Notes under the pieces: model-generated
Seen by the model: only the letters and a program-made list of their open reading frames with translations
Databases searched by the model: none
What the model was told of the DNA's origin: nothing
Translations under genes and position numbers: made by a program
Source of the DNA: Tubiluchus corallicola
Lineage: Eukaryota > Animalia > Priapulida
Length of the DNA: 64,000 nucleotides
Assembly (NCBI GenBank): GCA_030141605.1
Contig: JAQGDQ010000035.1
Span: 372,001 to 436,000 of the forward strand
Direction: 5' to 3'
In this document: piece by piece, positions 11,701 to 25,410 of the stretch
Numbering within the stretch: position 1 is the stretch's first letter
How the letters are laid out: every line of letters begins with the position of its first letter

Positions 11701-13790
11701 CCAATCATGTCTTCTAAGATCGTTCCTCTGGTTGCTTTTCTAATAAGCCTTTTCACAGTTCTAGCGATTGATGATGATCGTGAAAAGGTCAATGGTTAAG
11801 TGCACCAGACAACGCATTTGTGAACACTTGTTAACACCTCACAGCACATGCTATTGTAATAGTAACCGTTTTAACAGCTAGCTAGAACCTTACCTAGTTC
11901 ATTTTTTCTTATTCCCGAGCAACATCCTGCTAATAAATCACAGACTAATGCATAATTAAGTAAAGTCCACATAAAACAAGTAAAGTTACTGAACTGATGG
12001 GGAAGACAGCTTTGTTTCACGAAAAAATGTATGTTCATTCTAAAAATGGCAATAATTATCAAATTTTTTCACTCAGGTGTGTAAACTTTTCATCATCAGA
12101 TTAAGGCGTTGGATTCTTCAGTTTTTGTATGAATCTTCTTATTTATTACGCACTAGAATTAAATGTACCCGTTAATACACAAGCTGCCCTAATCTGAGCT
12201 TAGAACTGTCTCAGCACTTACAGTCATGCAGGATAATGTAGCTAGTATACGTACGTTGAGAAAGGTTAATACCAGCTTAACGTACGCTTCTAAATAACAT
12301 GGTTAATACGCCCATCAGTCATACTAGTCATATTAATAAGTCGAGCAATATATTATACGTATACTACAATTTTATAGATACATATTTTATGGTTTTATTG
12401 CTTATAAATAATAAGTAATAGTAAGTCTACTATAAGTAGTACTATAGTAGAAAGTCTACTACTGAACTTACTGATAGCATTACTGATCAGAGCTTCCCAC
12501 TTACTATCAAAGTGTAATTCTCTAATTTAAACCGTAATTCTCTAACGACTGAAGTGAGATAAAAAATATCATATGTTATGTATGACTGCATCAGTTATAC
12601 GTAATCAGTTATGTATAACTGCATACCAAAGGTTATGACTAAATAAAAATATGTTTAGAAAAAAAGATATAATATGTCAGAATTATCAATACCAATCACT
12701 ACAGCATTATAATCCTGTATACATTGTAGCAAGCTCTTTTAATAACATGTGGTAAGTTAATACTAAATGTACCTACCATTGGTGTTTTGTTGGCACAACG
12801 CCAGCTTACCTAGCAATGTTACCTGCTAGGTATGCAGCTACTCATGAATTTCAATGACCAATTATCTTCTTATCGCCATATCACCAATTTTGCAGCCGTC
12901 TACATTATGAGCCAACAGTTGAATAGACAACGATTCAAAGTCAAATAAAAACGGTACGAAATGCGGAAACTTATAAACCGGACTTCCGGTTTTTCGCAGC
13001 AAGGTTTACAAAGTGTGTGCTTCCGTATCAGCTTCACATAGACCACTGTTTTAAACGTTATTTACACCAACAATTTAATGGCCATAAAATAAATTCTTAA
13101 ATGAAAGTATGTAAAAGAAAGTATATACATATCTGTAAACAAGTAGAGAAATGCTAAATTGCTTGAATTCACTGCCACTTGAAATCAAACGTGTTAAAAT
13201 CACTCACCGCATTCAAAATCAAAATAAAAGCATTAATGATGCCAAGATTTGAATATCCGACTTACCAACATGAATGCACACTAACACACATATGCACCTA
13301 CACACTACATACACCTACACACTAATGCAGAACTCATTTACCCTAGGGTAAATACGCAAGTATGTAAAGTTTAAGTTTAAAATTTAAAGCTTACATTTTG
13401 CTCTGACGCCTCCAACAGCCAACAGTGTATGTTTTTATGACTTTTGCAGACGACATTCTGAACTACACGTAACCATTGTTCTAATTCCAGTTTTGATGGT
13501 ATGGCTAATGTTCCAAGTGAATTGTTTAGTCTTAGTGTACTTTTAACATCCCCCTGATATCAGCTGTTCAAAAAATTACTCTACAACCAAGTTCTGAGTT
13601 CATTTGAATTCCTAACTACAGAAATAACACTTTCTGCATTTTTGGCTGCCAACATCAATATTTTAGAGCTCTAATGATATTCAAAAATTTGTTGCTATTT
13701 AATCCTGTAAACCTAATCGTAGCTAATAGTTTTAATACGTGCTATGAAGTTTTACTAGAAAGAGCTAATGCAGTACGTTTTTTAAAATTT

Positions 13791-13962
13791 TAAAACTTGG
13801 CGGTTTCGAAATGTTTGTGTGACATGGTGTGAAAATTTGCTTTGGATTCAGTTGATCATTCAAAGGAGCAGTAGCGTCACAGCTGCATTTGACAATAATA
13901 ATACCATGTAATCGTTACAGTGAACACAGTAAGCAAATAGCTCTAAGCACAAAATACGTAAA
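13791..13962 (+). repeat. Dispersed repeat family A, copy 1 (copy 2 at 23972-24143)
   Basis: AAAACTTGGCGGTTTCGAAATGTTTGTGTGACATGG is identical in both copies, and similarity extends about 170 bp. Confidence 0.85.
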
Positions 13963-14768
13963 ATAATACAGAGTTAGTGAAGAAACATCAGACAGAGCTA
14001 TGGACGTAAAATTCCACAGAAGTGTCTTAGTTAACCCAAGAAAGCACTGATAATGATTTATGAACATAGCAGCCCGTGCACATGAATAATCTCGTCCATG
14101 TTTACTAAAAGCTCAGATACTTAAATCAAACTTCAGTTTTGCATGTCAACATGGACTTAATCCCGATTTCAATAATTGTTTTTCATTGATTGTAATTAAC
14201 AACTGAAATAACAAAACCAAATAGTCATTACACATTTATCAGGCGTTTGGCGCCTCAGTGGACAAAAATTATGTGCCATCTTTTGAATTCTTTCTTTTTA
14301 CGTTTCTTCTGATTTTCGCACACTAAACAAAGGGGGATTTTTATTTATTGTATCAATTCTTGTCTTAAGAACTGCCCTAGTTTTATACTATGTCGCACTC
14401 CTGTGCGCAGCTCAACACACGGCAAAGCGGATGAAGTGCTCAATAGCACGACTTGCTGCTAATTCTGAATGATTATGGCGAGATTGAAACAAAACTCAGT
14501 ATTAAAGACAATCCTCTAAGATGAACTGGTGAATGCTGCCCACATTGGGATACGAATACATCTGTCATCAACGAGAAACACAGCCGAGGCAAGTATGGCA
14601 GACAAAATCGTCCAGTGTCTGAGAGCATATTTTTTGTTCACCTGCGACAAGAATTAAACATGCATGTATGGCTACGTAGTGTAGATAAATAGAGTTCAGT
14701 TTACACTTTGGGGGAGGTACAGATCTTCATAATCCCTACACACTTTTAATGATTTTCCTCACTTCTAC

Positions 14769-15141
14769 GCCTGTTTGCATTATGTAGATATATAGTCAAA
14801 ATATGTGACCAGTTTGTCTCTGTGACATCAAAAAGACTCTATCGAGGTCTCCACGTTCATCGAAAAGTGCTTGGTCAGGGCTGTGCAGTGCTGTGCAAGC
14901 AGAGCGTACTGAAAGGATCCAATACATGTTTATGTTCTGTTCTGTTTGCATGACAAAAAATTAATCCGGATTAATTCGAGTCCTGGCTAAACAGACGTTC
15001 TCAGTTACATAAAATACAGGAGATAGTCACGGAAAAACAACTTGCCGTATTCGTCTCTCTGACTGTATGACTGCATGGGTGTTAGATCCGGATGTAAAAA
15101 TTACGCTACGGTAGAGTATTTTCTGCCTAGTGTACACGGGC
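14769..15141 (+). mobile_element. Harbinger/PIF-like MITE family B, copy 1
   Basis: Imperfect TIRs GCCTGTTTGCATTA / TAGTGTACACGGGC; interior matches 37171-37461 on the opposite strand. Confidence 0.7.
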
Positions 15142-15386
15142 GTTTTAATCTCTCTGTGATTAACTTTGTTTTTGTGTGTTTGTTTTGTTGTTTTTGTTTC
15201 TTTATTTTTTTTGTTTTTCTATTTCTGCGCGGAAATGCGGAAGTGGTGCTGACAAACAAAACCGACCGGCACAGTAGTGTCTGTTTTTTTACTGAATTAA
15301 CTGCTATGTTTACCTGTCTTGACAACAGGTTTCTTTTATTTAGAAATGCTGCCTGATCAATGTCTGTAATAAACGTAATGGGTGTA

Positions 15387-15392
15387 TGATGG

Positions 15393-15432
<40 letters not shown>

Positions 15433-15441
15433 AATGATGAT
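15387..15441. repeat. (ATG)n microsatellite
   Basis: Direct reading. Confidence 0.95.
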
Positions 15442-16365
15442 TTTTCCTTGCAAGTTAATTTCTCACTTCTTTGTATCCCAGGGCCAGATGGCTATTGGTC
15501 TTTCAAAAAGAAACACACACAAAAACCATTTCAACGTTTTCAGAACTTAGAAATGAGGTAATTTAAAAAATCGGAGTTCAGAAGTTGAATTAGAACTTAA
15601 CTCTCAAGGAGAACTTTATATCATATTTCCTTGGTTCAACCTCTCATGAACACGCGATGCAGATTGACTTTAAATATGATTCTCTTCCTCTGCGTATCTG
15701 TTCGCTCTTTTCTTGATTCAGTAATCAATAAACCTGCTTGCACCGTCGGTATTAAACATACATTTACCTTTTTAAATGAGCAGCAGTAGCAGCATCTAAT
15801 AATGGAAAATGGTTTTCATCAAAACGTCATTGAAGTATTTTCTCGGGCAGGTAATGAGTCGTTTTACAGGAAATAACTCTATCTTGCCTTAGCATTCCGT
15901 CAATCAAGAACTGAATTGAATATCCAAGGAGGAGCCATTGTAGGAAAAGCGAGAAGATGGTTGAATGGACAGATAACTTTACACCAAGACAAACACCAGC
16001 ACTGAGACAATAGTATTATTACACGTGAAAACTACTGCGAAAAAACTGAGACAGAAAGTAAACCATCTGACATCATTCGCCTATAAAAATTTTGGCTACT
16101 GTCAGTCTAAAACCAATTTAAGCTACTGCAGAGCGATTCTAAAGCTAAATACACAGTAACATTGGAAAATGCAGCGTAAAATTGAGGAATCAAGCCACTG
16201 CGACCAAAATTTTTCAAAAAAATTTGTTAGATTAAGTATTATTTCACTTTGCCAACCAAATACACTTTAAACACCTATTATTCAGAAAGTGCAGTGCATG
16301 TTACTATAATGTGTTACTTAAAGCCACATAGGCCTAACGCTTTATATATACGTATATATATAATG

Positions 16366-16531
16366 TTGTGCTGTGTGCAATATATGGCGTACATATGCGA
16401 TACAATGTTTCAAGACGAATTTTTCTATACATGTATATATTCTATATTTCGTATATAATATATAAAGCTAAAAAAATTCGTCTTGAAGATTTGTATCACA
16501 TATGTACGCCAAATATTGCACACGGGACAAC
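16366..16531. repeat. Long inverted repeat (about 55 bp arms, AT-rich spacer), probable MITE
   Basis: GTGTGCAATATATGGCGTACATATGCGATACAA..TTCAAGACGAATTTTT pairs with AAAAATTCGTCTTGAA..TTGTATCACATATGTACGCCAAATATTGCACAC. Confidence 0.85.
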
Positions 16532-16579
16532 GCCGTATAAAACTTGAAAATTTAAATTCGTGAATTTAAATTTAGTTAA

Positions 16580-16862
16580 GCGCAGTCATTTTGACAGTAA
16601 GCCTTTTAAAATAAGTTTAGATACCATTGCGAATAAAGTTCAAAAGAATAATCAGAGTATTCGCAACTCTTCGTCAACTAAGCAAAGTATAAATTACCTT
16701 ACCTTGTCAATAAGAATAAAATTATAGTGAGTCATTGGTGCACGCTAGGAAGTACCAGTTGACACAAAGATTTTAAATTACTAAGAATATTGTTTTTTGG
16801 TTATACGTTTTTCAAGCAGGTTAGCTTAAAGTTAAGTGATATCACTTTGTGTGAATTGGGCT
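16580..16862 (+). mobile_element. Dispersed repeat family C, copy 1 (copy 2 at about 56580-56860)
   Basis: Shared AACTAAGCAAA.GTATAAAT...TGTCAATAAGA...TGAGTCA.TGGTGCA.GCT...ACCAGTTG.CACAAA.ATTTTAAATTACTAAGAAT; ends in GAATTGGGC, as Harbinger-type MITEs often do. Confidence 0.75.
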
Positions 16863-19289
16863 ATACTTTAGAATTGCCTTTTCTTCTAGTTTGAAAGTTA
16901 TGAATTATGAATGAGCAGTTACTAAGTAGTTAGTAGTAGAAGTAGCTAGAAGTTACTAAGCAGTAACTAAGTAGTTAATGCCAGACCACATTAAATCAAG
17001 CAAAACAGTTACGATCGCAACTCTAAGCAGCTTTTTGGAAAGTATTAATAGGCGTTTATTACACATTTTTCGGTGCATTCTCTGCTATTATATGAATAAT
17101 AACCTACAAATCTATAAGGGTAGATTTGTGATGGGGAAGACGAATTCTTAAAATAAAAACAACAGCCATGAAACTATAAAAATGAACCTTTCAGTTCTGC
17201 CTATTAACTTCAATTAACCGAATGCTCTTTATATGACAGTAGCTGCTTTTTTACAGAAATTTCGTACAAAAATGCACCTAGTCTCAAAGTATGTCGGTCT
17301 CGTTGGGGGCAATTATACCCTTTTACTGAGGACTCTAGTTATTAGCAGTTCAAGCACTTTAAATGACACAGGACACACAATTGCGCGGGCGGTAATTGTT
17401 TTTATCTGTTATGGTCCTGTCTTTATTTTCTACGACTACAGTTGAATAAAAGCAATATCTTTTCTTAAGTGGGTGCTGGCTGTCATTTTTGTTTTAAGGG
17501 TATATTAATTACACACGGCCCTCTATTACAACACTAGGCATAACGTGTGACAGCGCTTGAACCTGTATTTTACTGCTCGTACACTTTACATCGCCAGAAA
17601 TTAATTCACACGCTGATATGACGTCATGTCATAAATATTTCTGAAAAACGTACAAAGAGCCCGAACCGCGTGACGTGTTTCAACTCTATGATATTTCATA
17701 AATTTTATGGGCATAAACTTCGCACTCCAAGGCATTAAAAGGAAACCCTGCAGCACTTGAAGCTGTCGTCGTGTTTGCCTCAGTTTTCAAGGTCAAACGC
17801 GCGTTACGACGTGAAAAAATAACTGTGATGCATATGTTGTCCCTTTTCCCTTTTCTTTAATGAAAAATCCACGCATCTTCATATTTATATGGATTTCATC
17901 TACTTCAAATGTTCAGTTTGTCTAACAAAAACAATAAAGAGAAAGTCTGCATTAAAACACAGTAAGAATCTTCTTTTAAACTATCTTTTCGGATTTCAAA
18001 AAATCCTTGTTCAAAGTTTCGAAGTTGAAAAAATATGGAATGGAAAATTATTTCGTATTTTTCTAATTTTTGAACCTTAAAAAAGAAATTTTTAAAATAT
18101 GAAAATTTAGTTTTTAAAGAAAATTTTATAAGGTTCTAAATAGACTTTCTTTTGTTATTTTTCTTATCAAATGGTTGGGCCCTATGGTTATAGCTGTTTT
18201 TGATTCGTTTGTTTCATCTTTTATTTTTGCAGTTTTTTACCATACGCAACTGCAAAATATATTTATGTTTATATTCTTTAGTTCATTTTAGGCTTTTTTC
18301 GTACGGTTTTAAAAAGACTATATTATATCTAGCAATTTTAATAAACTCAAGCTAAACAAAAACATCAAATACAAATGCTACTCGTACATGAACCTCACGA
18401 AAAAGGAACATGTACGACTTCTACTAAGCGCTAAAATTCCCCTAGAAGAGGACCCATAGCTTCTAGCTGGTGGCAGAAGTCTTCACAAGGAAAACCACAA
18501 GGAAAATTCCTTCTGGGCATCTGTATGAAATGAGATATGGAAAGCAGTGTTTTCTATTTTCATAAGATTACTTACAAAACGAAATTAGGATGTTGCAAAG
18601 AATTTATATTCGAGAAAATTTGCCTCGCGTACTCTGTGTGAAATGGGCTTAAGAAAGTAGCCTTACAAAATTAAAAACTACTTTTGGAATGTTATCCACA
18701 ATCAATATATCAAAGCAAAAACATCATAATCTTTTAAATCTTTTACAAAATGTAACACTGGGCAAATACGCTTTAGAATCCTTAAAAATGTGAATATTGT
18801 TAAATTACTTCGTAAAACCGGTGGGATGTTTAGACGTTTCATAAAAATTTCTAAGCAATGCTAGTTCGTCTCGCAATCAATGGCTGTGATTGCCTGTTAT
18901 GTACTGCAGCAACTTAAGAAAAAAGCTTTTTCACCACAGCTTATATGGTTATAGGCTAACATTTGTGCGGGGAAATTTTGCAGGTGTGCTTTTAAGTAAA
19001 TCGCATCATTGAAGTGAGAGCTACGTAAACGCATTATCGAGGTTTATTCAACACGTTTTTAACGCTAACATAAAGTTACTTTCACCTAAAGGGTTAGATA
19101 TAGGGATTCGGCTGTTTGAAACGGTGACAGTATAGACCTAGAAAATTTCTTTACTTGCGAAACAGAAACAAAACTCAAGTTCGCTGGTTGTTCATTTGTT
19201 GTTATTACGTGCACTATGACGCCACATATGATACGATAAATGCAGCATGATAAATACGTGCTTGCATGACGTCAGGTGCAACTAGCCTC

Positions 19290-19730
19290 TAGTGCTACTA
19301 TAGTGCTACTGCTGCTACTACTACTACTACTACTGCTACTACTACTACCGCTACTACTGTTGCTGCTACTACTACTACTACTACTACTCTGCTACTGCTA
19401 CTATTACTATTACTACTACTACCACTACCACTACAACTACAACTACTGCTGCTGCTGCTACTGCTACTGCTATTACTATTACTACCACCACTACTACTGC
19501 TGCTCCTGCTATAGAGTTTATTCTTTACGTGCAAACTACTTCCATTTTAATGAAGGTAACAAAAAGGGTAACAGCTTTAATGTAATTTCTTTGTACTGCT
19601 ACAGCAACAACAACAACAACCACAGCTGCTGCTGCTGCTGCTCCTGCAGTAGAATTTATTTATTTACGTGCAAAGTATCTCCGTTTTAATGAAGATAAGA
19701 AAAAGGGTAACAGCTTTAATGTAATTTTTT
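19290..19730. repeat. Compound (CTA/CTG)n microsatellite with a tandemly duplicated ~85 bp flank
   Basis: Repeat at 19290-19505 and 19600-19645; unique flank 19501-19588 recurs at 19639-19727. Confidence 0.9.
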
Positions 19731-20649
19731 TATTATTCTTATTTTTCTTTTAACCACTGACGTTGCTTTTAATCATAATTCGAAAGTGTCCGAGATAATC
19801 TATTGGTAATAATCACTAATTACATTACTAATTGGTACATGTATTAGATACAGTTCTAGCAGAAAGTAGAATTTTATTGTGATTACATACGACGTGTATT
19901 AAATACAGCACTAAAGCCGCCACTTAATTAAGAGCTTGAAGGCTGCAATTAATTGGGATTTCGATTTCGATTTTTTTTTATTGAACGCGTCACAGCTAAG
20001 GTAAAAAGTGCTGAATGTAAGTAGAAATGACGGGGAAGACGTACACTGAGCTGTAGCGAATGAAGGACGGATTCAGAGACTATTCTTGAAGCCTGAAATT
20101 AGGAAACGAGAGAGCAAACATAAAAGCATGTAAATTGAGTGAGAAGATTTCATCAAATATTCTGACACAATACATTATATGCATCAGTCTTTTTTCAGTC
20201 AATGTTGCAAAACCAGACGTAATCTTTTTGTAGCAGACTCCTTTTTCCGACAAAATAATATAAAATAATAATTTATTCATTTCACTAACACAGCATAAAA
20301 ACAAACAAGGAAATTAAAGCTCACAGTATAATACTGCAAAGTACAACAACAAAATAGTTTTACAACATCCTGCTAACAATATTCGAACAAACAACAATAA
20401 AATACCAGATGGAAAAAAGAATTTTACTGCACCTTATCCCTTTAGTCATAATAATAATAATCACGTGACATGTTGCAGAGGCCTCAAAGCCAAAGCTTAT
20501 AAAAGAGACTCTGACAGTGAAACAGAGACTAGTTTGTATAAAAGAAATGAAGATGAACTTGCTAATGTGACAGTGAAAAGAAGACAGACAACAGTGAAGA
20601 GAGAGATAATGATATGTGATGTAACAATGATAATCTTGACAACTGTTAA

Positions 20650-21263
20650 AGGAAGACAAGATGAATTTTCATATACTACCCCATTTTCAAGGCTGATAAA
20701 AAGTATACATTTTAACACGGTTAATACTGCAAAAACGTTTCTCATAATTAAATAATAGATTACAAACTTAATTAACGGCAGGCGAGCCCAACTAATGATG
20801 ACATCACAAACTAACATAATTTTCAACAGCAAAATATTCTACGACGTGTGGCACGTGTTTGCAAAAGGGAAAATTGAAGTGCACTACTGCTGTAAGATAT
20901 TCAGCGCGTTGTACTGAAACTAGGCAAGTTTTAAGATACAAATCCAAATTTCAAATTTACCGCTGTGCTCTCGCATGAGTTGTCGAACGTGTGTAAAACG
21001 TCAGAAGCTAACACATCTGAACTGAGAGGTACAGCACCTGTTTTCGTGTAATGCGTTTTCGAAATGCAGGCACTTGTGCCCGTCTAAACTAGCGAATGGC
21101 GAAATGCATGTAACAGCGAAGAACTAGTGGCGTGAACGCGAAATTGTGTTTGTGCGGTAATAATTCTTTTGCGTAGTCATTTTTGAAACAATTATGTTTC
21201 CTTTCAGTATTTTAAGGAGTAGACTGTTTTGCTCTACAGTTTAAGATTGGGTCCGGTTTTGCT
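20650..21263 (+). mobile_element. Non-autonomous Kolobok-like DNA transposon, copy 1
   Basis: TTAA on both sides (20646-20649, 21264-21267); ends AGGAAGAC...GTTTTGCT; about 610 bp and colinear with 27704-28310. Confidence 0.8.
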
Positions 21264-21530
21264 TTAACTAAAATTAAAATTACTATGGAAGTGCCTTCTG
21301 AAACTTTCCGCAAAAATGGAAAAGAATTAGTCTTTATGCATACTGCATATTTGAAAGAAGTGACAGACCACGAAGTTAGAATGTCGTTAAACCAGTTTTT
21401 GCCTTTCATTACTTGCAATACTTTCATGCTAAGTTGTTATTATTGATGAAAATTGAATATGTCCGTTTTAATGCTGAACTACATTTTGACTGGCCGTCAA
21501 AACTACAGCATAATTTCAGTTTGATTTCTA

Positions 21531-22480
21531 GGGCACGGTAAAAATGGCACAGCAAAAAATGGTACGGTGAAAATGGCAGAGGAAAAATGGCACGTACGGT
21601 ATTTTGATGCGACTGATTTCTATAATAAAAACTAGAATGCGCTCAGTAGGAAGCAGATCTCTGCCAAAACCCGACAGTCTTAAATTTATTCGTCTGATTC
21701 AAAGATAAAAAGATAGATAAAAAGAATTACACAGAGATAAACAATCAAACATACAAAAATGAGTCTGTACTGGTATTATATAGTCTGGCATACTCACAAA
21801 ATATTTGTTCATTAAATTGATTTATAATCAATAATGCACAAATGCTCCACGTAGTGTTTATCTGCCTTTTTAACCATTAATTTCGGCAATGGTAATAGAT
21901 TACCAAGTATATACGTTCCAAGTCACTTTATAGGCTATACACATTAATAAGCAAAGGTTCTTGACAGCATTTTATAGTTTTACGAGCGAGAATTTCTCCC
22001 AATGGAACTGGAACTCGTAGTTGTTTGTCCAGGTGGAGATAACAAAAAATAGGTACTAAACAATCCCTCTGAGACCTCCACGAAATTCTTCACGAATGTT
22101 CTTTACAGGGTGTTCGGGTCAAAAATCGGCAAAAGGATTCCCATTTTGGCATCCTATACATACCCGCCTTTCTTCACAAAGTTTCTTGGAAATTTATTAG
22201 ATATAGTTTTTGCGTAATAGACTTATTGCCATGACAGACAAAAACAACTAAGCAAATAGACAAACAAACAAACAAACAATGTTGAAGCATAACTTCCTTT
22301 TCAGAAATAAAAATAACTAAAATGATTATCTCACACTGTAACTCAAACCCGAAACCCCAAGCTATTTTACTAAGTGTGCCTTTTTATTGTGACATTTTTA
22401 CCTGTACCATTTTTTTCCTGTGCCATTTTTACCCGTGCCGTTTTTCCCTGTGCCATTTTTACCTGTGCCACTTTTATCTA
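21531..22480. mobile_element. Foldback/Mutator-like element with arrays of 15-bp subrepeats in inverted orientation
   Basis: GGTAAAAATGGCACA-type units at 21537-21595 and TGTGCCATTTTTACC-type units at 22375-22478. Confidence 0.7.
21628..22312 (+). mobile_element. Helentron/HINE (DINE-like) non-autonomous element nested in the foldback element
   Basis: Starts AAACTAGAATGCGCTCAGTAG, has an internal (ACAA)n microsatellite at 22235-22279, ends CATAACTTCCTT. Layout recognised from memory. Confidence 0.55.
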
Positions 22481-23587
22481 CTTTTCCATTTGTAGTATTT
22501 TACATGTGTTATTTTTACCTATATTCGTGATATTGTTAGCTCACAATTCAGACAAGACAAAGTAGGTCTTTATCGTGGCTTTTATATCGATTTTATTGCC
22601 CTTAGTGGTCGTTCTCCTAACAATTAATAAAGTTAAATGGCCTAATGTTTCTTAATAATTAATTGAAGAACTTAGTGAAGAAGGCCAGGGGTAAAGAGAA
22701 ACTGGGTTAATTAATAAAGTAAATTAATTAAGAAGAGAAGACCTGGATGCGCTGCATTAGCTTGCTTAAGCCCTGGTCGTAGAAAATCCCCATAACATAA
22801 GCCGCATGAGGTTATCAGTTACCATGTCGGCTTATTTTGCTTGAATAATGCTGATCCTTATTGCCTTGTATTAGCTCCAGGCAAAGACATAGCAATTATG
22901 CCCTGGAATCTGGAGCAAGGAAAACAGATGCCACGCAGGGGTAATTTGTCGTACAAAATTAGTCCTACTGGCTTGATTTTCATCCAAAGGTAAGCTCACT
23001 TAGTGCAAAACTAAGCAAGGCTGCATTATACAATAGGCTAGTACAGGCTGCAGCCAAGACGCCGTCAAGTAGGGGAGAGGGCATACTTTGCATTGCCGAA
23101 TAATTCATATAATTTAAAATAAAATTTTAACTTTAAAAAAAGGACAGAAGGTCTGCAAATCCCAGTTTTAAAGCGGCTCCTTTTTTGAGAGAAATGATCC
23201 CTGTCTGAGGACTCTTATTTGAGATAAGGCTCCCTCTCTGAATCCCTTTTATTTGAGATATGGGGCCCCCAGCTATGCAAATGTTGCTGAAATAGATCAA
23301 AAAATATTCGAGACGAGTACGGGCAAATTAGAGAATGGCTTCGTCTGAAAGGCCCCACTAATTTCATTAGTCTAGAGGCCACAAAAGATGATTTACACTG
23401 CAGAGAAAATAAGGGACGCGTACGAGATCCTCTTAAACCCTTTCACACTGTTAATGACTTTGCCTGCTTCTACTCCTATAAAAACTAAAATATATGCGGG
23501 CTTATTTTGCCTCGGTGTCCGGATCTCCGATGCTTGATCAGGACTGTGAAGTGTCCACAAAGCACAGTGAACACGGCGGGTATACAT

Positions 23588-23779
23588 GCTCAGTTTACAC
23601 TACAATATTAATCCAGATTAACCTGAACCCTGGAAATATGGATTAATCTAAGCTTTGGCAATGGGGATCTTTTGAAACTATAGAGGGGATATGGCCACGG
23701 AAAGTATACTATCCGTAGTTGTCTATCCGAAAACAGGTACACTCGTGGTAAGGCATTTTCTGCCTAGTGTAAACAGGAC
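23588..23779 (+). mobile_element. Harbinger-like MITE family B, short copy
   Basis: CAGTTTACACTA ... TTTTCTGCCTAGTGTAAACAGG; 3' end matches 15118-15141. Confidence 0.65.
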
Positions 23780-23971
23780 TATATATATGTATATAGCATT
23801 ATCAAGCAGTCTTCACCAGCATTCCTGGACTTTCGTGATTTTAAGCATATTTGAAATAAAAATTATAATAAAGCAATAACAGCACCACCATTCCTGTACA
23901 AGTTTACGCACACAACTACCATTTGAATGCTTTAGGCAACCGCCAAAATCCAGCACGTTTTTGAAAATACT

Positions 23972-24143
23972 AAAACTTGGCGGTTTCGAAATGTTTGTGT
24001 GACATGGCGTGAAGAACTGCGTTGGATTTAGCAGATCTTTCAAGAGAGCAGCAGCTTCACAGCTGTTTTTGACAATAATAACACTACGCAATCATTGCAA
24101 TGAAAACAGTAAGCGAATAGCATTGCGCATAAAATACGTGAAA
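23972..24143 (+). repeat. Dispersed repeat family A, copy 2
   Basis: Homologous to 13791-13962. Confidence 0.85.
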
Positions 24144-25184
24144 TTTCCCGAAAGAAAATTGTTGAGTTACTGCCGAAGTGTCCGTGAACATTTATCAATA
24201 GTAAACCATCGTTAAACGTACGATGGTTTCAATTTGATCTCCAAGAAAAGAGTAAAATGTAATTGATCACAAACGTTCGTTCAGCAAACATATGTTACGG
24301 TTAATTTCTGCATTGTTTTGTACTTTACTTTAGATTTGACTTTTATATTATTACACGTACAGAATTTGATGCTTCTCATCATTGTTTAAATTCATGAAGG
24401 ATTGTTACTGGTCTAATTGATCTCACAAGCTGCTATAATTTGCTACGTTTGCTTTTATAACAGCATAAGAAGGAAATTCGATAAAGTTCAGTACACGTTA
24501 TAATATTGGAAATGCTATAAAAATGTAAAATCAAAACAAGCCAAACGCAGGAATGCCTACCATAATTTAAATAAACAAAAAATAATAAAGTACTGTGAAA
24601 AAAATACCTTATAGGGTCTCTAGACCTCTATAGGGTCTTAATCAAATGTAATCACTGGTCAGTTTGAAATAGAGATTCATTTAATTAGCTGAAATTGCTA
24701 GAAGATGTAACATTAGTCCATGCTACTTCATTCACTGCACTGTGATAGCTTCTTATTCAACGTAGATGTCCTTTCGTCTCATTGAAAGCAGAAAAGTGAA
24801 GCCAGAAACGTGAGTACATTTACTAGAACAAAACGCGAACCGGTTACAGCAGGAAGCGAGACAAAGCACCATATATCATCCTCGTTAGAAATATTCATGG
24901 TCTCCCTAATGAATGTTATCTTACTCGGGATGCTGGCTCTCCAGTATCATCATTGATCATAATGATCACGCTGCAGCAGATCACTAGAATTTATACGATG
25001 GAATTGTACTTAAGCGCGCGCGTTAAATCATTCATGATTCATTCAGACGGCATCATTATTTAAATCTTCGAAAATTTAAGAGAATAGTGCGGCTTCATTC
25101 AGTCCTCTAAACGATATATTGCATGCTTAACTGAGAAACATTAGGTTGATTCTTAATTAATTAATTCTTAATTAGTTATCATTA

Positions 25185-25410
25185 CCTTCATCGTGGTTAT
25201 CAGTATAATCGTCAACCTCGTCATCACTATCGCTAACGACCAATGTCATCTCACCATCATCAGCCATTATCATCAGCGTACAATGATGATGATGATGATG
25301 ATGATGATGACGATGATGACGATGATGATGATGCTGACGATGATGTTGACGGCGATGTCGACGATGACGACGATAACAACAGCAATAGCGGTAATGCTGA
25401 TGACGATGAT
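25185..25410. repeat. (CAT)/(GAT/GAC)n microsatellite
   Basis: Direct reading; explains the poly-D, poly-M and poly-S ORFs. Confidence 0.9.

Noticed and set aside
19276-19689. Poly-L/Y/C ORF resembling a signal peptide plus Cys-rich protein
   Set aside because: Trinucleotide microsatellite with no ATG start or splice support.
24203-24229. Perfect short hairpin AAACCATCGT/ACGATGGTTT as a Helitron 3' end or terminator
   Set aside because: No CTRR end follows it, and rho-independent terminators are irrelevant in this eukaryotic context.
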